DNA of 64,000 nucleotides from Minisyncoccota bacterium (GTDB lineage Bacteria; Patescibacteriota; Minisyncoccia; Phycocordibacterales; UBA918): NCBI GenBank assembly GCA_041389025.1, contig JAWKSP010000001.1, positions 256,002 to 320,001 of the forward strand, read 5' to 3'. Shown piece by piece: positions 56,982 to 64,000 of this stretch (position 1 is its first letter; each line of letters starts with the position of its first letter). The notes under the pieces were generated by a model. It saw only the letters and a program-made list of their open reading frames with translations, ran no database searches and was not told where the DNA came from. The position numbers and the translations under genes were made by a program.

Positions 56982-57147
56982 TTAAGTTCCAGACAATAGA
57001 AATAAAAATACTAAGAATCAGTTTGTTGCAGAAGCTACAAGCTTATACACCAAACCGATTCTTTGTACATCATAAGACCATAGAGCTGGGGAGAGAGAGT
57101 CAGCTATGGCCGATGAAAGACAGGAGAGAGACTTTGACAGTTGAATA

Positions 57148-57189
57148 TTTATCCAGCACTAACTTTTAATAAAGTTAGTGCTGGATAAA
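57148..57189 (-). terminator. terminator of the relE/antitoxin operon
   Basis: tttatccagcactaacttttaataaagttagtgctggataaa lies immediately 3' of the toxin stop. Confidence 0.65.
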
Positions 57190-57209
57190 ATACACGCTAC
57201 AAACAAAGG

Positions 57210-57467
57210 TTATTTGTAGATATCGTGGGAACCAATGGCAAGAAAAATGGCAGAGTCCTTGTTTTCGTAAGTGAAAACTATACGAATTTTGTAGTTTACG
57301 GAAAAGCTATGAAGTCCTTGAAGCCTTCCTTTTAGAGAATGGGTTTTGAGAATTGGATTCTTATGATCATCTTGAAAAAGTTTGATTTTTTCTCTTGTTT
57401 CCTGTTTTAAAGCGGGATCAAGTTTTTTAAATAAACGGAGGAATTTTGGACTTAAGGCAACTTCCAT
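57210..57467 (-). CDS. type II toxin, RelE/ParE family
   Basis: 85 aa; ...KKLDPALKQETREKIKLF...LKGRLQGLHSFSVNYKIRIVFTYENKDSAIFLAIGSHDIY, the RelE/ParE fold signature. Confidence 0.75.
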   Translation of the reverse strand: MEVALSPKFLRLFKKLDPALKQETREKIKLFQDDHKNPILKTHSLKGRLQGLHSFSVNYKIRIVFTYENKDSAIFLAIGSHDIYK

Positions 57468-57494
57468 ATGTGTAATATTAGATGAAGTTAAATA

Positions 57495-57707
57495 CTAATC
57501 CTTTAACAGATCATCAATATTACCTCGTAAAATTTTTCCTTCACTTACTTCTTTTTGTGCCTGAAGAACTGCGTTTACTGCTTGTTCTTCCTTATATAGC
57601 TTTATAGCTTGTCGTACGATATCAGAACGAGAAAGCCCAGTTTCTTTAGCGGTCTCTTCGATAAATTCTGTAAGTTCCGGTGATAGAGGAATAGAAAAGG
57701 TAGCCAT
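57495..57707 (-). CDS. type II antitoxin, ribbon-helix-helix (CopG/ParD-like)
   Basis: 70 aa; MATFSIPLSPELTEFIEETAKETGLSRSDIVRQAIKLY is a ribbon-helix-helix. Lies upstream of the toxin. Confidence 0.7.
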   Translation of the reverse strand: MATFSIPLSPELTEFIEETAKETGLSRSDIVRQAIKLYKEEQAVNAVLQAQKEVSEGKILRGNIDDLLKD

Positions 57708-57731
57708 AAAATAAATTTTTATTAAAAATTA

Positions 57732-57761
57732 ATATGAATTTATCATATGATAAATTCATAT
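57732..57761. promoter_or_regulatory. perfect 30-bp palindromic operator upstream of the antitoxin
   Basis: atatgaatttatcat/atgataaattcatat lies 25 bp upstream of the antitoxin start, as expected for an autoregulated toxin-antitoxin promoter. Confidence 0.6.
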
Positions 57762-57783
57762 ATTTTGCAATTTTTAAATGAGA

Positions 57784-57850
57784 AAATAGCGGAAGGGAGA
57801 CCTTAAAGAGGAGTGACTAGCGATGAAAAAGGTCTACCTTTGGTTACTTT
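57784..57850 (+). repeat. structured repeat element, copy 4 of 4 (most divergent; T-run eroded)
   Basis: aaatagcggaagggagaccttaaagaggagtgactagcgatgaaaaaggtctacctttggttacttt. The stem CGACC/GGTCG is replaced by AGACC/GGTCT, a compensatory change. Confidence 0.55.
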
Positions 57851-58128
57851 ACAAAGGAAGATTAATAGAAATCAAATAATTTTTGTTTGTAGCGTGTATT
57901 AATTAAAACTGCTGAATGAAATAAGTCAGTGGTACAAACAAAATAAAAAGGTCAGCCACGCTTCGTGTGGCTGACCGGTGGATCATAACCAACTGGAGAG
58001 AAGGTTATGTCTCCACCAAAACACATCGAACTTAAAAAATAAATGAAATCATATTAACTAAGATACTCTGGTGTGTTTTGGTGGGGATCTCACGGAGAGA
58101 GACCTGTGTCTTGTATTAAGGAGGAGAG

Positions 58129-58644
58129 ATGAAATATGGGACAAAGAGTGGGGAAGTAATTGTAATTCCCCGAAAAGCGGATGAGCATTTAAAAGCTCAT
58201 CCGGAGGTAGCTGCAATTTTGCCTGAAACTATTGGGCGGGTTGTTTTGCCTCAGGATAATTCTTTCCTATCGACGGAAGTCGACATGGGACGAGTTGTAG
58301 GCCGGTCAGGGCGAGTGAAAACCCCCTTGATTGGTATTGAGGACAAGGCTCTTTTTGCCCAACGTATCGGACGAGATAAGCCGAGTCGGGTGATTGTTGG
58401 CGAGGGTGAGGAGACGACGAAAGTCACAATCCTTGCTTTTCCGTCCCGAGAAGAAATAGGTGTTTATGTTTTGGTAACTTCTTGGATCGGGACTTTGGCT
58501 CAGAAAGAGCCTTGGGATCCAATGATTAAAACCAAGCAAGAATATCAGAGATGTTTGCAATTCTGGTGTTCTAATGCTCTTGTTTGGAATTCTGTAGTAA
58601 TGTCGGAACCATTTGAGAGCAGTTGGGAAGAAATCCTTAAATAA
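58129..58644 (+). CDS. hypothetical protein (171 aa), first gene of a GC-rich island
   Basis: Ribosome-binding site AAGGAGGAG. GC is about 48%, against about 37% for the flanking genome. No known motif. Confidence 0.5.
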   Translation: MKYGTKSGEVIVIPRKADEHLKAHPEVAAILPETIGRVVLPQDNSFLSTEVDMGRVVGRSGRVKTPLIGIEDKALFAQRIGRDKPSRVIVGEGEETTKVTILAFPSREEIGVYVLVTSWIGTLAQKEPWDPMIKTKQEYQRCLQFWCSNALVWNSVVMSEPFESSWEEILK

Positions 58645-58806
58645 TTTTGAGGCAGTGGTATACCACTTAAATGTAATTACTACATAGAATTGGTATATCA
58701 ATTCTATGTGTGGTGATTCCCTACCAATAAGACAGGGAGGAGTGCAAGGTTAATCTGTGCCTGTAATGAAGCATAGATTGAGCGCTCAAACTCAAGGAGA
58801 ACAGAA

Positions 58807-59877
58807 ATGTTTAAGAAAATCAGTGATACACTTGGCAGTAAGTTTGTTTTTACTAGTGAGGTTGCCAGAGTCCTGTCCTTGGGATTTTCCGGCAAAAAGA
58901 ACGTCATCATTTTTGGACCGGCCGGTCACGGTAAGTCCGAGATGGTGCAATCGGTGGTAGAAGGTCTTGGTCTACAGGACGAGACATTCTGCCAATTTTT
59001 TGGGGAAGGTATGGATGAGGCCCGCCTTTTTGGTGGGTTGAATTTCAAAAAACTCGAGGAGGAAAAAGTCCTCGAGTACTTTCCCGAAAACAGTTTTCTC
59101 AACCATCGCATTGTGGTATTCGAGGAACTGTTTGACGCTCCGGCGTCGGTGTTGTTGGCGTTGAAAGACGTTTTGACAGCAAAAGAGCTCCGCAACGGAG
59201 CCCAGCGTTTCAAGATGAAGACGGAGATCATCATCTGCTTGACCAACAAGGAGCCTTCAGAGGTTTCTGAGTTGGGGCCGGCTGCTCACGCCTTAATTGA
59301 GCGTTTTCCTCTTCAGTTAAATCTGAAATGGAAAGATTATAGCTCAAAAAGTTACCTTTCGATGTTTGAAAAGGTGGCTGAGCGGTTAGGTGGACCTGTG
59401 ATGAACGGGTTTAAGGCTGTTTTGGCGGAAATTCTGGCTAAGGCAACCGAGGAGGGAAATTTTGTATCGCCCCGCACGGCGGTACATGCTTTTCAAGTGT
59501 GTCAGGCAAGCGCAGCAATGCGCGGGTCTGAACACGTGGAAAAGGAGGATTTAGTTGACCTTCGTTTCCTTCCTGGTCTTGAAGGTCTTGCTCAAACAAT
59601 TGAGGAAGACCTTAAGCGCGCGATGGAGCGTGCTGAGGCAGAAAAGAACATGCAAAAAATTGAGGAGCGTCTTCGTCCGCTCCTTAGAGACTTGGAAGGA
59701 GGTCAGACTCCTATCAAGTTTTTGCAAATTGCTAAATTCCTGCAAGATTTGCAGGATCTGGCAGCTAAGCTTACGGTCAGTGATGACCTAAGCGAAAAGC
59801 GGAAAAATTTGCGTGAACGGATTGGTACGGCAATTCCGCAAGCACAACAAAAAGCACTCGAGGTAACTCGGGTGTAG
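58807..59877 (+). CDS. MoxR-like AAA+ ATPase
   Basis: Walker A IIFGPAGHGKSEM, Walker B-like IVVFEELFDAP, sensor region ICLTNKEP, and ALIERFPLQL (the xxDRF-type motif of MoxR/AAA_3-5). Confidence 0.7.
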   Translation: MFKKISDTLGSKFVFTSEVARVLSLGFSGKKNVIIFGPAGHGKSEMVQSVVEGLGLQDETFCQFFGEGMDEARLFGGLNFKKLEEEKVLEYFPENSFLNHRIVVFEELFDAPASVLLALKDVLTAKELRNGAQRFKMKTEIIICLTNKEPSEVSELGPAAHALIERFPLQLNLKWKDYSSKSYLSMFEKVAERLGGPVMNGFKAVLAEILAKATEEGNFVSPRTAVHAFQVCQASAAMRGSEHVEKEDLVDLRFLPGLEGLAQTIEEDLKRAMERAEAEKNMQKIEERLRPLLRDLEGGQTPIKFLQIAKFLQDLQDLAAKLTVSDDLSEKRKNLRERIGTAIPQAQQKALEVTRV

Positions 59878-59925
59878 GTTTGGTTGGGTTTGCTCGAGTC
59901 ATTGGTTTTGGCTCGAGTACCCTCT
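59874..59925 (+). repeat. conserved intergenic hairpin element, copy 1 (GCTCGAG...CTCGAGC)
   Basis: gtaggtttggttgggtttgctcgagtcattggttttggctcgagtaccctct. A near-identical copy at 61381-61430 follows the next gene. Confidence 0.65.
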
Positions 59926-60025
59926 ACAGAATATAAAAGTAAAATAATTCTTTGAGTTATTTCATATTTATATTTTGTTTGGGTATTTTTCTAATCTTTT
60001 TTGTCCGTATGGATAAGGAGGTAAG

Positions 60026-61384
60026 ATGTTTACATTCAGAACTACGCCACCACCTCATTACCTCACGCCTACGGCGGAGGAGATGAAGGAAGTGGCGAAA
60101 AAAGTTGGTCTTGGTAAGTATTCGAGAGACCTAGCGGCTGATTTGGCTCACCTGGCAGCAGGTGGGTCGATTCAGTCTCCTTCAACTTTTGTTGACATCG
60201 TTCGACGTGGTGTGGAAGAAAAATTTCCAGCTCCTGATAGTGATGGAGGCTGGAAAATATCTGGCAGCAAGTATACAAAAGATCGTATGCTTGCTTTAGG
60301 AGATAAGACCCAGTCTGCTCTTCGTTATCATCAAAACGTCTGTGATTTTTTGCAGACAGTGGAGATGAGAGACGTGCCGGGAAATTCTCCCCTAGAGCAG
60401 GCTATGAATTTGCTCAAACTTCTGTCCAAGAAGAAAGGTGGAGAAGGTGGTGGTGATAATGGTGAGCAGTTGCCAATTTTTACCGACACCGACAACGCCG
60501 AACATTCGGCAAAGGAGCTCAACAAGCTTCTCGATACAGTTGAATCATTAACTGATGACGAGAAGGAGCTTCTAGACCCAAGCGAGGACGCTGGCGAGGG
60601 GGTGGCAAAAGAAGAAGGAGATGACGGTCTCCAAAAAATGAAGTTATCTGAGCAGATGCTCAGTGGAAAGGAGGAGATGTTAAAAATCTCCCGCAACCTC
60701 GACAAGTTGACTCGCATGCAAGTGCGTCGTCAGCGTAAAGTTGAGGCGGATCCGTCGGGAGATGATGTTCGCAAACGCCCAATTGCTCACATGGGTGAAT
60801 TGAGTAAGCTCGGTTCAGCTGAATGGGCGCTTCGGCAAGCCACACCTTCGTACTTTTTGTACAGAGCAGCGACGGAGCAGCTTGCAGTACGCGAGCGGGT
60901 GGTGACTATAGAGCGTAAGCAGTTGCTCTATATCATCATAGATTGTTCTGGCTCTATGGGTTCGGGAAACCGGATCTATAAGGCAGGTGGTATCCTCATG
61001 AACCGCCTAAAAGCGGTGATTGAGGGAGAGGCGGAGCTTTACGTTCGCCTTTTCGACACTGAGCTTAAGGAGGAGTATCACGCGAGTACTCCTGCCGAAG
61101 CTAAGGAATTGATTCGTCATTTCACTAATAAAAATTATTCTGGTGGATCAACAGACATTTCAGGTTGCTCTCGCGCAGCCCAAAAACGTATTGAAGAGAT
61201 TGTGAGTGAGGGGGCGACCTACCGTCCTGAGCTTGTTGTTGTTACCGATGGCGATGACAAGATTGATTTAACCACAAAGGATTTTATGGGTACGAAAGTC
61301 CATGCCTTTGTGGTTGAAACTTCAAACGACTCACTCTGTAATGTAGCGCAAGCGACTGGAGGAGTGGGGATTAATAAAATGTAG
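60026..61384 (+). CDS. von Willebrand factor type A (vWA) domain protein with MIDAS motif
   Basis: C-terminal LLYIIIDCSGSMGS (DxSxS MIDAS) ... T ... VVVTDGDD. The N-terminal 300 aa are acidic and helical and unassigned. Confidence 0.75.
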   Translation: MFTFRTTPPPHYLTPTAEEMKEVAKKVGLGKYSRDLAADLAHLAAGGSIQSPSTFVDIVRRGVEEKFPAPDSDGGWKISGSKYTKDRMLALGDKTQSALRYHQNVCDFLQTVEMRDVPGNSPLEQAMNLLKLLSKKKGGEGGGDNGEQLPIFTDTDNAEHSAKELNKLLDTVESLTDDEKELLDPSEDAGEGVAKEEGDDGLQKMKLSEQMLSGKEEMLKISRNLDKLTRMQVRRQRKVEADPSGDDVRKRPIAHMGELSKLGSAEWALRQATPSYFLYRAATEQLAVRERVVTIERKQLLYIIIDCSGSMGSGNRIYKAGGILMNRLKAVIEGEAELYVRLFDTELKEEYHASTPAEAKELIRHFTNKNYSGGSTDISGCSRAAQKRIEEIVSEGATYRPELVVVTDGDDKIDLTTKDFMGTKVHAFVVETSNDSLCNVAQATGGVGINKM

Positions 61385-61430
61385 GTTAGTGGTGGTTAGC
61401 TCGAGTCATTGGTTTTGGCTCGAGCACCTT
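61381..61430 (+). repeat. conserved intergenic hairpin element, copy 2
   Basis: gtaggttagtggtggttagctcgagtcattggttttggctcgagcaccttct. Confidence 0.65.
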
Positions 61431-62330
61431 CTCGAGTTTTTAATTGTTAGTAATAATAATTGAAGGCTCGTTGGGTGTTTAACTAAGAATAGGAGGAATC
61501 TACCGATGGACACCATAGGTCGGAGCTGTAACCGACAGAAAACAAGACAGTCAGAGGCTATGTTCTGACTAGATGGCGACTCCTGATACGGCATAGAACG
61601 TTGAAAGGCAGGAGGCCTCCTCGGACTAGAGGGGTTTTCGGAAACCAGACCGAAAAGGGAGTTCTTAAAGTGGACGACTACTCCCAAAAGAAAAAGTCAA
61701 GTGCTAAGCGTAAGGTGGAAGTTGCGTGTGTCACTCTACTGAAAATTCACGGGATAGAATAAAAATTTTCCCAGTTCCGATTTCTCTATGATTATGCACA
61801 GATCTAGAGTTATTAATAAAAAACTTTGTTTTTCTTTGCGAGAGAGAAATCTCTAGGCTAGTCGGCGCAGTGACTACTTAACGCACAAAGATAGGTTATC
61901 AAACACCGAGACAAGTTTTGTTGTAAAAGAAGCGAGGTTGCGCGGCTTACTTTTATTCACTTTCTAGTGAGGTACTTATTCTTTTGAATAAGATCAAACG
62001 CTTAAATGAACAAAGATAGTGCAGGTTGGGGAAACACTTGGTTATGTTTCTCTATAGTCAATTTAATTGGACTTGAGGGAGCAGATATGGTTTTTGTTCC
62101 CTCACTTTATTCAAGATATGAGGTTTACACTTCGTCTCTTGATAGAGTTAAACAGTTAAATCATTTCTAATCTCCTAACAAATTATTTTTTTAATTAAAC
62201 CATTAAAGTAGTTTGTTAGGAGATTAGTAAATTTCTAAAAACGGTTTGGTATCCGTTTTTTTATTTTGACTTGCAAAGAATTTACCGTCTTTGCACCCTA
62301 ACTCCGGGGTTCGGAGTAGAGGAAGTAAAA

Positions 62331-62963
62331 ATGGCTACACGTACATTAGAATTTGATGAAGTTGTTTCAGATTTGGTTGCATCTGATGCGACCAAAAAAA
62401 ATCAGAAGAAAATTTGTCACACTTGGGACGGTTGGGTGAGTAAAGGTGTGTTGCATGTCACAAGTCGTTCTGGTGCTAGGCGTCGTGAGATCTGGCACTT
62501 TGATGTGGAAAAAAATGCCGGACGACTCTTGTTTTTTAAGAATACGACCGGTACAGCTGATTGTTGGACAAAAGGGTGTGGTGACAATGCTCTGGAAAAA
62601 TTTATATTGGACATTAGTCCACATGTAAAAATACAACGTGTGTCTAATATAGACCATGTTGTACACTCTAGGGGAAGTTGTTGCAATCACAGCCTAAACA
62701 GATTCGGTGTGTGGTGCTATTACCTCACTGACGGATCTGAAGCCTTGATACACAAGGCAAACACTGTCAAAAGCCACTTCAACCAATATCACATTGGTTG
62801 TCCGACTGAGCCAGACCAAATAAGGGTTACGGGTGGCACTTACGCTGTTCAGTGGACAAATAAAAATACTCTAACGAGTATTGTTTATACTCCTGATGCA
62901 GATATGGCCTCTGTAATTGAGGCTATTAGAAGTAAACTAAGGAGTTGGGGGTATTACTCCTAG
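62331..62963 (+). CDS. hypothetical Cys-rich protein (about 210 aa)
   Basis: The start is taken at MATRTLEFDEV (ribosome-binding site GGAGTAGAGGAAG). Carries CWTKGCG and CCNHSLNRFGVWC cysteine clusters. No known family. Confidence 0.45.
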   Translation: MATRTLEFDEVVSDLVASDATKKNQKKICHTWDGWVSKGVLHVTSRSGARRREIWHFDVEKNAGRLLFFKNTTGTADCWTKGCGDNALEKFILDISPHVKIQRVSNIDHVVHSRGSCCNHSLNRFGVWCYYLTDGSEALIHKANTVKSHFNQYHIGCPTEPDQIRVTGGTYAVQWTNKNTLTSIVYTPDADMASVIEAIRSKLRSWGYYS

Positions 62964-63103
62964 AATATCTTCCACAAGCGGTTGGTTACGCTTGTGGGCT
63001 TTATTATCTAGCGGTGAGAATTATTTACGGCTGGATATAGAGTCTTGGATTATTTTTTAACTTTTTAACCCTTATTTTTGAGGGTAAATTTTTGGAGGCT
63101 GTT

Positions 63104-63583
63104 ATGACTAAAAAATATTCAGTAGTACCAGATTCAAAAGCAGAGGCTTTGGCCTTTGTGATTACCTGGGGTTTGAAGGAAGGGTATGGCAACGAGTCTG
63201 TTGTCCATACTCAAGAGGAAGCCACGTTTTATGTGGCTAAATTCCTCAAAAAATTTGCTGCCAAGATTGTACCTGGTAGCAAAAACTTCATCCCCTCCGG
63301 CACTCTCGTACCAGGTACTACAGTGTATGCCTGGAACGAGGGTGAGGGACGGTCGGGTGGTGGCCATGAACCCAGTGTTGTTTTTATGGGTGAGGTCACT
63401 GGCCCGTATAACACTTGGGGGCTTGACGATCACTCGATCACAGAAGCTGAGCTCGTTGAAATTTTGAACGAGTTCGCTTCTGAGGTCGGGTCGGCTCTCG
63501 GACAGACTCGGGTGTATGTTCGGCTAGGGGAAGTTAGCTGGATTCTCCAGCAGGAGAAGACAGCTACACCTACTGGTGATTAA
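63104..63583 (+). CDS. hypothetical protein (about 160 aa)
   Basis: The start is taken at MTKKYSVV (ribosome-binding site TGGAGG). GC-rich. A terminator hairpin lies at 63638-63665. Confidence 0.45.
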   Translation: MTKKYSVVPDSKAEALAFVITWGLKEGYGNESVVHTQEEATFYVAKFLKKFAAKIVPGSKNFIPSGTLVPGTTVYAWNEGEGRSGGGHEPSVVFMGEVTGPYNTWGLDDHSITEAELVEILNEFASEVGSALGQTRVYVRLGEVSWILQQEKTATPTGD

Positions 63584-63864
63584 TATTTTGAAATTCGCAC
63601 CTAGGTCAAGCGAATCAAAATAAATCTAGATAAGTAACCTAGAAGTTTAGGTTACTTAGGTTGGTTGGTGTCAGAACGAAGTTGGTTTTTCGTTCTGGCT
63701 CCATTTGAGAGTTTGATTTCAAATCTAAATTATAAAGAAAAATGAAATTGAAAATTCAAATGGGGAGCTTAATAAAGTGAACCAAAATTGAAAAAACAGC
63801 GTACCCGCGCTAATCAAAAATTTTCCTGCACTAACGGGTAGTAGTGTGGGGTTGGAGAAAGGGA

Positions 63865-64000
63865 TGAATGTTTCTCAAGAATTATTAGTGGAACAATGGT
63901 TTGAAATTTTTTTAGATTTTTACAAAGAGTTTCAAGTTCCACCAAGCCTGCATCCGCAGGCGGCGTTAATATACCTGGAAAAGGAAAGCGAGGAGTTTTT
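63865..64000 (+). CDS. hypothetical protein (N-terminal fragment, continues beyond window)
   Basis: ATG with an upstream GGAGAAAGGG ribosome-binding site; MNVSQELLVEQWFEIFLDFYKEF... Confidence 0.35.

Noticed and set aside
56643-57169. Short + strand ORFs (60-75 aa) in the 600-bp gap
   Set aside because: No ribosome-binding sites. The frames overlap one another and a perfect 18-bp hairpin. Treated as non-coding.
1-64000. Alternative genetic code (UGA recoding, as in some candidate phyla)
   Set aside because: Conserved genes (pgk, tpiA, xth, clpP) terminate at the expected positions. TGA, TAA and TAG are all used as stops, so the standard bacterial code applies.
1-64000. CRISPR array
   Set aside because: No regularly spaced short direct repeats. 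The repeats present are tRNA 3'-end duplications, palindromes and the 70-nt structured element at scattered loci.

Overview
Low-GC (about 35-40%) bacterial chromosome segment using the standard code (TGA acts as a stop). The gene content points to a reduced-genome candidate-phyla-radiation (Patescibacteria)-like organism. There are four TrmB-family regulators and a type IV pilus locus (pilB, pilC, three prepilin-type proteins). Metabolic and housekeeping genes include tpiA-pgk, tig-clpP, rny, hup, nusA, ppa, xth, corA, mscS and an ECF sigma/anti-sigma pair. RNA genes: tRNA-Gly(GCC), tRNA-Pro(TGG), tRNA-Gly(TCC) and an atypical tRNA-Arg(TCG)-like gene.

Features not on the ORF track:
1. Four paralogous 28-36 aa hydrophobic peptide genes at 18.5-22.1 kb. 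Each sits behind an identical TTGACA-N16/17-TATACT promoter placed so the mRNA would be leaderless. Each is followed by an intrinsic terminator, and three of them by a long palindrome with a shared core. They lie next to a GCS2/YbdK-type ligase, a class I glutamine-amidotransferase-like protein, and a membrane trypsin-like protease on the opposite strand.
2. All three canonical tRNAs carry a mini att-like structure 125-185 bp downstream. It is a direct repeat of the tRNA's own 3' end plus an inverted copy of its own T-loop. The two tRNA-Gly spacers are homologous to each other.
3. A structured repeat of about 70 nt is present in four copies with compensatory stem changes.
4. A CCA-adding-enzyme gene is shattered by several frameshifts.
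5. An orphan fragment of the 16S rRNA 3' terminus.
6. An island of about 50% GC carrying a MoxR-like AAA ATPase and a von Willebrand factor A (vWA) MIDAS protein, a repeated XhoI-palindrome element and a 0.9 kb structured non-coding gap. A RelE/ribbon-helix-helix toxin-antitoxin pair with a 30-bp palindromic operator lies just upstream.
7. An IS481-like insertion sequence and a frameshifted EamA transporter.
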